DNA from: Octopus vulgaris
Lineage: Eukaryota
Length of the DNA stretch: 64,000 bases
Assembly: GCA_951406725.2 (NCBI GenBank)
Contig: OX597827.1
Location: 69,750,001 to 69,814,000, forward strand
Direction of reading: 5' to 3'
In this document: positions 26,960 to 39,375 of the stretch, piece by piece
How the letters are laid out: each line of letters starts with the position of its first letter
Position numbering within the stretch: position 1 is the first letter of the stretch
Notes under the pieces: model-generated
Told to the model about the DNA's origin: nothing
The model's input: only the letters and a program-made list of their open reading frames with translations
Database searches by the model: none
Program-made: the position numbers and the translations under genes

Positions 26960-27568
26960 CGATGGTTTGCATATTTTTTTACAACATTCATATTTTTTTC
27001 AATATGTTCCGGCAGTTTCAAACGCAAATATGCTAGTCGCTGTTGTGTACGTGACAGGAAAGCAACATTTCCCCTTTACCACGACAGTGTTTTCAAAGCA
27101 TATTCGGCTCACTGACGTCTGGGATTCTGAGACATAGTATTTCGATATTCTGTGTTTCGTCAGCCAGAAGAACCCAGATATTGATGTTAGTGACTAAACA
27201 AGCTGCTGGTTTTGTTTATAATTTCAGCGAACAAAACTGTTTGCTGATCAGTGTTTATTTGTATCTGCCAACCAATAAAATATCGTTATTTGCACTGTGT
27301 ACAGCAACTTCTAAAGCGATCACCTGCATATTTATACTTAATACGTTTCGGCAGATTCAAACGTAAATATGCTAGTCGCTGTTCTGTACGTCACAGGAGA
27401 ACAACGTCTCCCTTTTACGACGACCGTGTGTTCCTATCACACTCGGTGTATTGGCACAGTAGTTTCTGGGACATCGATGTTTCAACATCATGACATGCAC
27501 AACAGCGATTAACATATTTGCGTTTGAACCTGCTGGAACATATTAAAAATGAATTCGCAAATCATCGT
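26960..27568. repeat. Triplicated exon-like segment: two direct copies and one inverted copy
   Basis: AATA(T/C)GTT(C/T)C(G/A)GCAG-n-TTCAAACG(C/T)AAATATG(C/T)TA(G/A)TCGCTGTT at about 27001 (+), about 27340 (+) and 27491-27545 (-). Confidence 0.9.
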
Positions 27569-28087
27569 TTCAGACCTCGCTGAACAAACAACGGAATTCT
27601 TTTTACAAACGTCTCACTTTTTGCTTTATTTAGATGAGGAATAAGACAACTGAATTTAGAGACAGATCAGATTCAGAGTGATTTTTATATCGGGGTGGAT
27701 GGTTGGTGGTGGTGGTGGTGGTGGTGGTGGTGGGGGGGGGGGCTGGAGCAAAGTGAATAAAAATGTAAAGCCATAATACAAGGCAACAGAAACAACCTTA
27801 TTTCTGATATTTTGAAAACCCTCTCCTATTTTAAAGAAGGAAGCATTGCGCACATTTTTATGGCTTAAAAATTCCATTAAGCGTCATGATAGGTAAGAGT
27901 GTGTAGTGAAGGGTCAAAACAAGTTTTTGTTAGGTTGGAAAGGGTGGTTGTGGGTTCGGAATGAAAGCGGTAACAGCTAGTTTATTTAGTTTTCTCAATG
28001 AAAAACGGAGCATTTTTTTGCCTCACTTTTCCTTCTAAGAACTGGTGATTCATGTGAACTAGATACCTATATATATAAATATATATG

Positions 28088-28464
28088 AGTGACTGCGTGG
28101 CAGTAGCTTGCTTACCAACCACATGGTTCCCGGTTCATTTCCACTGCGTGACACCTTGAGCAAGTGTCTTCTACTATAGCCTCGGGTCGACCAAAGCCTT
28201 GAGAGTGGATTTGGTAGACGGAAACTGAAAGAAACCCGTCGTATATATATGTATGTATGTGTGTGTATATATTTGTGTGTCTGTGTTTGTCCCCGTAACT
28301 GATGTGTTTACGTCCCCGTAACTTAGCGGTTCGGCTAAAGAGACCGATAGAATAAATACTAGGCTTACAAAGAATAAGTCCATAAGTCCTGGGGCTGACT
28401 TGCTCGACTAAAAGCGGCAATCTAGCATGGCCACAGTCAAATGACTGAAACAAGTAAAAGAGTA

Positions 28465-28465
<1 letters not shown>
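28088..28465 (+). mobile_element. SINE family A, near full length
   Basis: Same head, core and tail as 15772. Confidence 0.9.
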
Positions 28466-28533
<68 letters not shown>

Positions 28534-28605
28534 AATCTCTCTTATGTTGAAGAATGTCATGTATGAAATTATTTTGGCTGAGAAATGCCAAGTTTATGGC
28601 AGAGA

Positions 28606-29000
28606 TATGACTTGCAGAAAATAATAATTCTATTTTTTTTTGGGGTCGATATTTAATATCATAACCATGGAATTGAATTTCGAAGTTGAAGAGTTAAGCA
28701 ACAAAGATAACAACAACAACAACAACAACAACAACAGCAACAAAAACAACGGCAATATCTAAATCACAACGTATCTTAACTAGCAATGATTATAGTTAGT
28801 GACACCCGGTCCTTTAATGGGGATCAAAGAAGAAGCTAAGTGATACACGAAACACAGATTGCGAAAACGAAACTAATAACAGCCTCGTAATCTTCACCGT
28901 TCACTTATTCTTATATTTTGCTGTGGATTTATATATTTATTTACTTATTGATTGACTGCTACGAGGATATATCGATTCCAATTAATGTGTGCTGTTTCCC
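28606..29000 (+). repeat. Copy 1 of a ~390-bp diverged direct duplication (copy 2 at 34430-34812)
   Basis: Shared blocks ATAACCATGGAATTGAATTTCG, TTAGTGACACCCGG, GATCAAAGAAGAAGCTA, AAAACGAAACTAATAACA, ATCGATTCCAATTAAT. Confidence 0.9.
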
Positions 29001-29222
29001 TTCCCCGGTAGGAAAATATCACAGCGGCCATAGATAAGATATTAGCTTCTGGGGGTTTCATTTCTTCAGAGAGATAAAAACAGTTACTGCGTTAAAATGT
29101 CGGACATAAGGAAGCTTTTCATCTAATTTTTTGCTGGATAACGTCATCCAATCTGAATATCTTTTTGTTCAGTTAGTTTTTCTTTTCAGGTGATTTGATA
29201 CAATGGCGCATATACTTTTACC

Positions 29223-29673
29223 TAGATTGTACAGGATATTGGTTTCGAAATTTTGGCACAAGGCCAGCAATTTAGGAGGAAGTGTTAAGTCGATTACTTC
29301 AACCCCAGTGATCAACTGGTACTTGTTTCAAAAAACCCCAAAAGACAAAAAGCAAAGTTGTCCTCAGCTGAATTTGAACTCAGAACGTAAAGACAGACGA
29401 AAGGTCGCTAAGGATTCTGCCAATAATTTAGCCCGCTCGACGCCTTATAGACTGTACTGGATATTGGTTCCGAAATTTTGGCACAAGCCCAACAATTTAG
29501 GAGGAAGTGTTAAGTCGATTACTTCGACCCCAGTAACCAACTTGTACTTAGTTTCATCAATCCCAAAAGATAAAACGCAAAGTTGTCCTCAGCTGAATTT
29601 GAACTCAGAACGTAAAGACAGACGTAAAGACAATTCGACCCGCTCGCCGCCTTATAGATTGTACAGGATATTG
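29223..29673 (-). mobile_element. Two tandem SINE family B copies bounded and separated by a 19-bp TSD
   Basis: TAGATTGTACAGGATATTG at 29223 and 29655, 2-mismatch version at 29448. Confidence 0.85.
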
Positions 29674-30071
29674 ACAAACTACATATTGGATGAAAACTAG
29701 AAGCTAACCATTACATATGTAGGTAGTAATGGCTCACTTATATAAGAAGTGAAGTGAGACCGGTGTGTAATTAAATATTTTGGAATATTCAACTCTGTAT
29801 TTTTATAATCATGTTCTTTAGAGTATTTCATAATGTATTTTGAAATGATTTGAATGTAAAAAAAAATGTTTTCGGAATACGCAATCTTGGAATTATTTGA
29901 GTGTAGTAATGTATTTTGGATATGATATGATATTTTGGATTAAGTAATAATGTACTTCGAAGTAATTTGATTCTGACAATCTATTTTTCAGTGCATATTA
30001 CTCTTATTTTGAAATTATTTCTCTGTAGTAATATACGCTGGAATTTATTAACTGCAATATACAGTGTATTC

Positions 30072-30131
<60 letters not shown>

Positions 30132-30142
30132 TACATACATAA

Positions 30143-30189
<47 letters not shown>

Positions 30190-30240
30190 TTATACTCTTG
30201 TTTCGAGTTCTATTTATTTAGTTCCATGTTTGTACTAAGA

Positions 30241-30289
<49 letters not shown>

Positions 30290-30291
<2 letters not shown>

Positions 30292-30468
30292 CAAATTTAG
30301 GTTAGTTAAAATATGTTTGTCACGTATTTCAACTGCTAAAAGGCATATTCACCCGCTTTACGCGACCCCGGGGTTACGAGCTTTTGCATGTTTTATTTTC
30401 TGTTTACGAGTTTTCGCTTTACGAGCGTTCTCCGGGAACGATTTAACTCGTACATCGAGGCATTACCG
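30290..30468 (-). mobile_element. pogo/Tigger-like MITE end
   Basis: Minus strand TA|CGGTAATGCCTCGATGTACGAGTTAAATCGTTCC with repeated TTACGAG motifs. Confidence 0.65.
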
Positions 30469-30661
30469 TATATTTTAATCTAAATGAGAAACTTATAAAT
30501 TTAGCATTTATAACTGCAACTTCTTACAGTTTGGTTGTCGTTGTTGTTCGACTTCTGGGTTCTTGGATCGAGTTGAACTCTGAGCAAATACATCCCAGCC
30601 GCGGACATCTTGTTTTATATTCACACATAACGTAATTATCTAATAATTATATATATATATA

Positions 30662-30813
30662 TGGAGGCGCAATGTCCCAGTGGTTAGGGCAGCGGACTCG
30701 CGGTTTCGATTCCCAGACCGGGCGTTGTGAGTGTTTATTGAGCGAAAAACCTGAAGCTCCACGAGGTTCCGGCAGGGGGTGGTGGCGATCCCTGCTGTAC
30801 TCTTTCTCCACAA
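30662..30813 (+). mobile_element. SINE family C head and core only
   Basis: GGAGGCGCAATG...CTGTACTCTTTCTCCACAACT, embedded in (TA)n. Confidence 0.85.
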
Positions 30814-30914
30814 CTATATATATATACGCATACATAGAATACACTGTATATTGCAGTTAATAAATTCCAACGTATATTACTACAGAGAAATAAGAATATG
30901 TCTTATAAGAATAT

Positions 30915-31302
30915 TTGGAAGCACTCCGTCGGTTACGACGATGAGGGTTCCGGTTGATCCGAATCAACGGAACAGCCTGCTCGTGAAATTAACGTGTAAG
31001 TGGCTGAGTACTCCACAGACACGTGCACCCTTAACGTAGTTCTCGGGGATATTCAGCGTGACACAGAGAGTGACAAGGCTGGCCCTTTGAAATACAAGGT
31101 ACAACAGAAACAGGAAGTAAGAGTGAGAGAAAGTTGTGGTGAAAGAGTACAGCAGGGATCACCACCATCCCCTGCCGGAGCCTCGTGGAGCTTTTAGGTG
31201 TTTTCGCTCAATAAACACTCACAACGCCCGGTCTGGGAATCGAAACCGCGATCCTATGACCGCGAGTCCGCTGCCCTAACCATTGGGCCATTGCGCCTCC
31301 AC
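30915..31302 (-). mobile_element. SINE family C tail type 3 with TSD
   Basis: TSD (C)TTATAAGAATAT 30902-30914 and 31302-31314. Confidence 0.92.
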
Positions 31303-31370
31303 TTATAAGAATATAGAGAATAATTTGAAAGATAGATGTTAGTCTATGATGTTAACTTCGTATATCTCAG

Positions 31371-32041
31371 CCGTGGTAGAAGTTGCTGCCAGATCTTTTG
31401 AAAACCATTTCAGGCCACATGCTAGTATGGAGAAAGGCTGCGTAAGATTAGTCCAGTGTATTATTACATAGAAAATACTATCAGTGCTTCATCTATATAA
31501 TCGATATAGGTCATCTTTAACTCGATGTATATTGATTTTTCAAAGCTTATCTTTGCAAGTGTGCGAGATTTCTAGGCTATAATTTTCCTCTTAGAGAAGG
31601 ATTACAGCTCCGTCCATAAACGGGTACATCCATCCCGTTAAGATGAATGTTAAAACGGTGTATGTTGCTAGGATACGGTATTTCGATGGTGCATTATTTT
31701 ATGGCGAGGAGAAACTAGAGTCGATAAACACAGACGGAATCAGACATGGATTGTTCATTATAGATGTTGAAATCCAACCAGAATCAAACCGGATAACGAT
31801 TAAGTGGTTTAAGACCGATATTTCGAATTTTTAAGATTCAAGATTTCCCTTAATATATTTAAGGTATCGTAGGCTGTGTTCCTGTTCTTTAAAATATAAT
31901 CCTATTTTAAAATGTTATTCTGAGTCCGAATTAAAGTATTTATCGTCTTGTTTTCTTTCTTAATCCATTCCGCATAGAGATTAAAGATAGTGAAGATGTC
32001 TTGGATAACATCTTCGTCAATGCAAGTGGGCGTACATTCTG
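31371..32041 (+). pseudogene. Candidate spliced pseudogene fragment, fibronectin type III-like repeats
   Basis: Exon 31371-31441 (tatctcag|...|gtaaga, only one open frame) splices in phase to acceptor tttcctcttag|31595, open for 79 codons (KTVYVARIRYFDG, PESNRITIKW); beyond the stop IYLRYRR and, in a shifted frame, LSPN*SIYRLVF; donor gtaagc at 32042. Confidence 0.5.
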
Positions 32042-32129
32042 GTAAGCTTTAGGCTAACCAGTTTTTTTCAGCCACATTTCCATTCATATGTAATCTTCGA
32101 TAGAAGAGAAAGAAATATGGAAGAAATAT

Positions 32130-32684
32130 TAGCCAGCAATTTCAGGGAGGCGGGCAAGTCGATCACAATACTCAGCTAGTATTTATTTTATCGATCCTGA
32201 AAAGATGAAAGGCAAAGTAGGCCTCGGTAGAATTCGAACTCAGAAAGTAAAGACCGACAAAATACTTATTTCGTTATTGCCCACAAGGGGCTAAACACAG
32301 AGGGGACAAACAAGGACAGACAAAGGGATTAAGTCGATTTCATCGACCCCAGTGCGTAATTGGTACTTAATTTATCGACTTCGAAAGGATGAAAGGCAAA
32401 GTCGACCTCGGCGGAATTTGAACTCAGAACGTAACGGCAGACGAAATACCTATTTATTTATTACCCACAAGGGGCTAAAAACAGAGGGGACAAACAAGGA
32501 CAGACAAAGGGATTAAGTCGATTACATCGATCCCAGTGCGTAAGTGGTACTTAATTTATCGACCTCGAAAGGATGAAAGGCAAAGTCGACCTCGGTGGAA
32601 TTTGAACTCAGAACGTAACGGCAGATGAAATATCGCTAAGCATTTCGCCCGGCGTCCTAACGATTCTGCCAGCTCGCCGCCTTA
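32130..32684 (-). mobile_element. Tandem array of three SINE family B units
   Basis: GAAAGGATGAAAGGCAAAGTCGACCTCGG repeated about every 185 bp; only the last unit has the full head. Confidence 0.9.
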
Positions 32685-33074
32685 CGTGTGAGCGAAATAT
32701 AGTAATGAATAAATTAAGTTAAGGAAACAAAAGGAACACGAGAAGGATAGAAAATCCGAGGAGAAAGAAACAGGCGTAGTATATGTGGTAAGCGTCATTC
32801 AGTTCGAATCTTCAATAGAGAGAAATAGATACGGAGGCAGCTCGTTTTACAACCACGTGGTTTTGGGTTCGGTCCCCATGCGCAACACCTTGATCAAGTG
32901 TCTTCTAGTATATCTCTGGGCCGACCAATGCCATATGTGTGAATATAGTAGCTGCAAACTAAACGGGACCCACTAAATTAGACAATAACAAACTGATAAC
33001 AATAAGGGGCTGACGATATTAACAAACGGATAGCATTAGATGAATAGAGTTTGAGCCCCACTACTTTGGGTAAT

Positions 33075-33375
33075 GTGGAGGCGCAATGGCCCAGTGGTTA
33101 GGGCAGCGGACTCGCGGTCGAAGGATCGCGGTTTCAATTCCCAGACCGGGTGTTGTGTGCGTTTATTGAGCGAAAACACCTAAAAATTGCACGAGGCTCC
33201 GGCAGGGGGGTGGCGACCCCTGTTGTACTCTTTCGCCACAACTTTCTCTCACTCTCTCTTCCTGTTTCTTGAGTAACGCTGCAATGGACTGGCATCCAGT
33301 CCAGCTGGGGAGGAACACATATGCCACAGAAACTGGGAAACCTGGCCCATGAGCCTGGCTAGGCTTGAAAAAAAA
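33075..33375 (+). mobile_element. SINE family C tail type 5 with poly(A) and 10-bp TSD
   Basis: TSD TTTGGGTAAT 33065-33074 and 33376-33385. Confidence 0.92.
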
Positions 33376-34199
33376 TTTGGGTAATAATGACCGATCGGTA
33401 ACATATTCGTGATTATAATAAGCGGCTTCCAATTTATCTGTACTGATATAATTACAAGTCAAGGGGAGAGCATCTGCGCGGTCGCTCAACCTGCTAGAAA
33501 CAGAAGCAAATATCTTCTTCATATGACATATCACTATATTAAAAGTGATGCATGATGAAGTCCTAGATGAGTGGTAAAAAAAAAATTTCCAGTCGTGGCC
33601 ATCATGCCTTTTTCCACGGATCCTTAACACCAGCAGGCGAATCTCCCTACATTCTTAAAAAGACAAAAAAAAAAAAAAAGAAAGAAACGGAAGTCGGATA
33701 AGGCAATCATAGATACATCATGCCCGAATATAAAACAAGGTGGTCACGGCTGGAGTACTTTGGCTTATAGTTCAGATCAATCCAAGAGACCAGAAGTTCA
33801 CTCTTTGAATGCCGAATGCGGTTATATCTGCTCAAAATTTTATTTCTTTTAACTGTTTCATCTCAACGGCTTTAAAAAAAAACGTCTTTCTTTACGCTAC
33901 GAAAAGCGAAGACAACTTCAATAACTTTCTTTTAAAGAAGACAATTTTTCAAATTTTCTTCATTTTTTTTTCCACACATCTCATCAAATATCTCTTTACT
34001 TTTAGACGTGGATATGAAAAGTGTACCTACAGGAGATAACTGAAAAAGTATTTCAGAAACAGAAAATATCAGTTCTATTTTTTTGGGGATAATTAACATC
34101 ATTACGGGAATGATCATGAAATTACATATACGGTGGGCTTTTTTCAGTTTCTGTCTCGCAAATCCACTCACAAGGCAACATTCTCACCACACAGCCGAG

Positions 34200-34429
34200 A
34201 TGTGTTAAGCTTATTGCATAAATGCACTAATTCCTGGACTCTCACGAGTGTTACGCTCCAAAACCTCCCACAGAAATAATTAAAATCTAAGCAATATAAA
34301 TGCCTATCGGCCGCAGAAACCCACAATATTCTGAGGAGTCCGCGATATAAATTTACATATATGAACCAGAAAAATCCGGGATGTACTGAGTGCGCGATAG
34401 GTGGACCGCGATATGGCGAAGCATTACTG
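34200..34429 (-). mobile_element. pogo/Tigger-like MITE end (left boundary uncertain)
   Basis: Minus strand TA|CAGTAATGCTTCGCCATATCGCGG. Confidence 0.65.
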
Positions 34430-34812
34430 TATGACCTGCAGAAAATAGCAATCCTATTTTGTGATAGATATTTAGTTGTAATTATCACTGCAATAACCAT
34501 GGAATTGAATTTCGCAGCTAAAGACTTAAACAAACAAACAACAACAACAATATCAAAATCATGACATCTCAACTAATTAGATTAGCGATGGTAATAATTA
34601 GTGACACCCGGACCATTAATGGGCGATCAAAGAAGAAGCTACGTGATGTACGAAACGTAGTTAACTAAAACGAAACTAATAACAACCTCGTAGTTATTAC
34701 TGTCCCCTTATTCTTATATTTAATTGTGTGTTTATATATCTATTTATTTATTCATTTACTTATTTGACTCCTATGAGGATGTATCGATTCCAATTAATCC
34801 GTGATATTTCCC
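34430..34812 (+). repeat. Copy 2 of the ~390-bp direct duplication
   Basis: Colinear with 28606-29000. Confidence 0.9.
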
Positions 34813-34938
34813 TGCCATCCCTTCCAATTTCTTTCTGTCGTTCTTTCGTCCTTTCGTCTTTCCTACTTGATGCGTGCGTCTCCCTCTATCTATGATATAA
34901 TAACAAAAAAGAAGAATTTGTAAACGAATCAACAATTT

Positions 34939-34979
<41 letters not shown>

Positions 34980-34994
34980 TTGTGAATATATATT

Positions 34995-35027
<33 letters not shown>

Positions 35028-35418
35028 CTCAACTCGTCCTGTCGAAAGACCCTTGTCCTACGTCCTGGTTTTGTTTTTTATCCTTACCGTTATTGTTTTT
35101 ACGTTTTTGTATTCTTATTCGTGCTTTCCTTATTGTTCTCACGTATTTCTGTATTTTTATTCGTGTACATCGTTCATTTTCCGTCCTTGTGTTGTATACA
35201 TTCGAAGCTTTCTTCCAAGGGATCTAATGCGCTTGGCTTAGATTTCCCTTGGGGGCTGCCCAGGTCGGAGCAATCTCAAGATTAATCAGCCGAAATTGCG
35301 AGGATGATCCGGTTCTTGACTGATGACTAAGGGCTTCGAATGTCCCGTCCTGTGGTTCTTGTGTCGTTTTCTAGGTGTTTCACGTTCTTGTCCTAGTTTG
35401 TATATATTTTTACTTTTT

Positions 35419-35471
<53 letters not shown>

Positions 35472-35477
<6 letters not shown>

Positions 35478-35670
35478 GAATTTACAAAAAGAAGAACAAA
35501 CAAAAGATAAAGGCAGGTGTGTAAATAACAAACAGATGTATTAGTTTAACGCTCGGGAAGTGAGAAAGTCTTTTACGTTTCGAGCCTACGCTCTTTGACA
35601 GAAAGAAACACAGAAATAAACAGGGAGAGAAAATAGAAAAAGTTTAGTGGCTAGCGATCTATCATGGCGA
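35472..35670 (-). mobile_element. ~200-bp hammerhead-bearing element between (TA)n tracts
   Basis: Minus strand CTTT-CTGTCAA-AGAGC gtag GCTC-GAAA-CG-TA-AAAG (about 35568-35605); related to 39515-39730. Confidence 0.6.
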
Positions 35671-35972
35671 ATATATATATCTGTTTTGCATGATTCCTGA
35701 TGTGAAATCGTGTGTTGAACTAGAAGTAGAGAATAGAGTAAGTGGAGCAAGAACACACACGAAAACGAAAAGTGTCGCTAAAGAGGTCATAGGTGTGTGA
35801 CAAAAGATCTCCAGACAATGGACATAAGTTAAAATAATAAAATAAGAACAGTAGTAAACGAGTGAAGAAAATATATATACCGCGTGTGTTTATTTGGCTA
35901 AGCAAAATGACCATCCTGAAATACAACAATATATATATACATATATACATACTTACATATATACATACTTAC

Positions 35973-36047
<75 letters not shown>

Positions 36048-36413
36048 CACGTATATATATATGTATATATATATGTATATATATATATAAACTGGAGACG
36101 TCTGAATTACCCAAAAATCGTCTGCCTACCTCCGATTTCCGATATAATCATAATGTACACCATCTGAAAGGCATTTGGAGAAAAATTTCATAAAAATAAA
36201 TATCTATTTTTCAGAAAGTTATGAGGAAACAACATCGGGTGAGGGAATACGTCTGTGATTATACCCTTAATGCATTTATTGAGAGAGTGAATGCTGTTAG
36301 ACGAAAAATGGATAGAAAGGAAAAATAAGATGTAACATATGAAAAGATTTTACAAATTGGAAATCAAATGTGAAAATATTATTTAGCAACTAGCAGTAAA
36401 ATATCGGCCATTT

Positions 36414-37002
36414 TGTATGTATGTATGTATGTATGTATGTATGTATGTATGTATGTATGTATGTATGTATGTATGTATGTATGTATGTATGAATGTATGT
36501 ATGTATGTATGTATGTATGTATGTATGTATGTATGTATGTATGCATGTATGTATGAATATATGTATGTATGCATATATGTATGTATGTATGTATATTTGT
36601 ATGTATTTATGTATGTTTGTATGTATGTATGTATGTATGTATGTATGTATGTATGTATACATGTATGTATGTATTAAATGAATGTATGTATGAATGTATG
36701 TATGTATGTATGTACTAATGTATGTATGTATGTATGTATGAATGTATGTATGTCTGTCTGTCTATCTGTATGTATGTATACATGTATGTATGTATTAAAT
36801 GAATGTATGTATGTATGTATGTATGTATGTATGTATGTATGTATGTATTTATGTAGGTATGTATGAATGTATGTATGTATGCATATATGCATGTATGTAT
36901 GTATGTTTGTATGTATTTATTTAGGTATGTTTGTATGTATGAATGTATGTATGTATGTATGTATGTATGTATGTATGTATGTATGTATGTATGTATACAC
37001 AC
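36414..37002. repeat. (TGTA)n tetranucleotide array
   Basis: Direct reading. Confidence 0.97.
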
Positions 37003-37081
37003 ACATAAAACATCGTTAAGAGGTTAGAACGACTCAGCAACAACTTTACCTGTCACTCTCTATCTCTCTTTCTCTCTCTCT

Positions 37082-37125
<44 letters not shown>

Positions 37126-37835
37126 AAATGTGCATGTGTTTCTCTGTGTATGTGTGTGCGTATATATGCCCATATAAATGTATATATATTTAATAATATT
37201 ATATATATATATGTATAGATAGATAGATAAATATATATATATATGCACACGTAGACACACACACACGCATGCACACACACGCACGCATACACATATATGA
37301 ATATGTGTATATATGGGTGTGTGTGTGGCTGCGCGTATTGTAAGGGTGAAATTACAAAGGACAGACGAAAAAAAAGTACGACAAACAATAAAACACGATA
37401 AGGTTTGATTAAAATTTGACTTAAAAATTGCTGAAAATCACGTCAATTTTGAAATTTCAAACGCTGCAACAGCCATACTTATATTCACATCATGAACATA
37501 GAAAAGTGAAAAAGTGCAATTAACGATGGGAGAAAAAAAAAATAATAAAAATAAAATTATTTCATTTCCTTCAACCCTTCCATTTTAAGTTTTGAAAATT
37601 GTAATGTGAGAAAATGGGGGTTGTTGTTTTTTTCTTCTTTTTTTTTTTTTTTTTTTGCAAAATTATTTATTCCAGTATAAAAAAAAAAAAAGTATGTTAG
37701 AAAATGTTTTTTTTTTCTGAAGACCTCTCATTCAAAGATCTTACCATCGACGTTTTATCACTTTCTCCAAATCATTTTATTCTTCACACATTCACAGAAA
37801 AATTCTTCTTCTAACATGCCAAAAATGCTCAAACG

Positions 37836-37884
37836 CTCCCTTTTCCTTTTTTTACTCTTTCTCTTCTTCCTACCTTTCTCTTTT

Positions 37885-37915
<31 letters not shown>

Positions 37916-38376
37916 TTCTCTCTTTCTATCTCTCTCTCTATCTCTCTTTCTCTCTCTATATATATATATCTCTATCTCTTTTCTCTCTCTCTCTCTCTAT
38001 ATATATATATCTATCTCTTTTCTCTCTATCTCTCTTTCTGTTTCTCCTCTCTCTCCCTTCTCTTTGTCTCTTCCTCCCTCTTCTTTGTTTCTCGCTGTCT
38101 ATTCTCTCTTTTTCTGTGTCTTCTCTCTCTCTCTTTCCATCTCTTCTTTCTCCCTCTTTCAGTTTATTCTCTCTCTCTCTTTCTGTCTCCTCTCACTCTT
38201 CCTGATTCTTTTCTCTCTTCCTGTTTTCTCTCTCTTTCTTTTCTCCCTCTCTCTCTCTCCCTCTTTCCGTTTTCTCTCTCTCTCCCTCTCTCTTTCTGTT
38301 TTTTCTCTCTTCCTTTTTCCATCTCTTCTTTCTATCTCTCTTTCTCTTACCGTCTCCTCTCCCTTTTTTCCATCTC

Positions 38377-38414
<38 letters not shown>

Positions 38415-38550
38415 TTCCGTCTCTTCTCTCTCTCTTCTTGTCTCTTTTCTCTTTCTTTTTCCCCTTCTTCTTTCTTCTTCTTCTTCTTCTTCTTCTTCTC
38501 CTCCTCCTCCTCCTCCTCCTTCTTCTTCTTCTCCCCCTCTCCCTCTCTCT
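37836..38550. repeat. Polypyrimidine (TC-rich) tract
   Basis: Direct reading. Confidence 0.95.
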
Positions 38551-38774
38551 CAGTCTCCATATTCCATTAAATCATCTTCTTTTATGCTTATTTTAGTTTT
38601 CCATTATTTCATGATTTTTATATTTTGCTTTTTCCATCGTATTTTATTTTCTCCCAGATTTTTCACTCACGTGCTGTATCATTATTATTTCTTAGTATTT
38701 TTCTTCTTTTATTATCATTTTTTAAATATATATATATATTGTTACACATCTTATATATATATATATATATATAT

Positions 38775-38925
38775 ACGACGGGCTTCTTTCAGTTTCCGTC
38801 TACCAAATCCACTCACAAGGCTTTGGTCGGCCCGAGGCTATAGTAGAAGACACTTGCCCAAGGTGCCACGCAGTGGGACCGAGCCCGGAACCATGTGGCT
38901 GGTAAGCAAGCTACTTACAACACAG
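38775..38925 (-). mobile_element. SINE family A 5' half, abutting a Tc1-like terminus (CAGTACCGTGCAAAAGT)
   Basis: Antisense family A head; the Tc1-type end is recognised by eye only. Confidence 0.8.
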
Positions 38926-39124
38926 TACCGTGCAAAAGTCTTCAGCCACTTTAAAATATTGTAATTTTCTACTAATTGCCAACTTATAAATTTCATACCT
39001 GTGAAGATGGTGAAGGATGTGTATGCATCTTTTCCCAGGTGCATTGAAGCAATTATAGAAGCTAAGGAAATTCACACAAAATATTAACAAGGTACAGTAA
39101 CTTCTTGAAATGAACATTATGTAC

Positions 39125-39163
<39 letters not shown>

Positions 39164-39327
39164 TTATGACAGGTAATGGTGTCAGTGAGACCCAAAGGTG
39201 TCAGGTAATGGTGAATAAGTGTTATGGATAAACCATAGTTAAGTTCCCATCCATTTTCATTTCTCCACCTCACTCTCTATTTCGTATCTTATCTAAATTA
39301 ACTATTGCTTAACCATCTTCTCACATC

Positions 39328-39375
39328 GTCCCCGATGAAGAGATATAATAAATATCCTAGAAACAGCTGTAAGAC
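39328..39375 (+). ncRNA. Minimal hammerhead motif (same family as 15680), core CCGATGA
   Basis: GTCC-CCGATGA-AGAGATAT aataa ATATCCTA-GAAA-CAGCTG-TA-AGAC. Confidence 0.6.

Larger units (their letters stand above)
30015..30893. repeat. 62-bp inverted repeat (1 mismatch) around a ~755-bp spacer
   Basis: 30015-30076 TTATTTCTCTGTAGTAATATACG...CTATGT versus 30832-30893. Confidence 0.9.

Noticed and set aside
29203-29700. 165-aa ORF with an internal repeat
   Set aside because: Antisense read-through of two tandem SINE B copies.
36090-36270. Kolobok/Harbinger-like end (TACCC|TTAA)
   Set aside because: Single terminus, no partner TIR identified with confidence.
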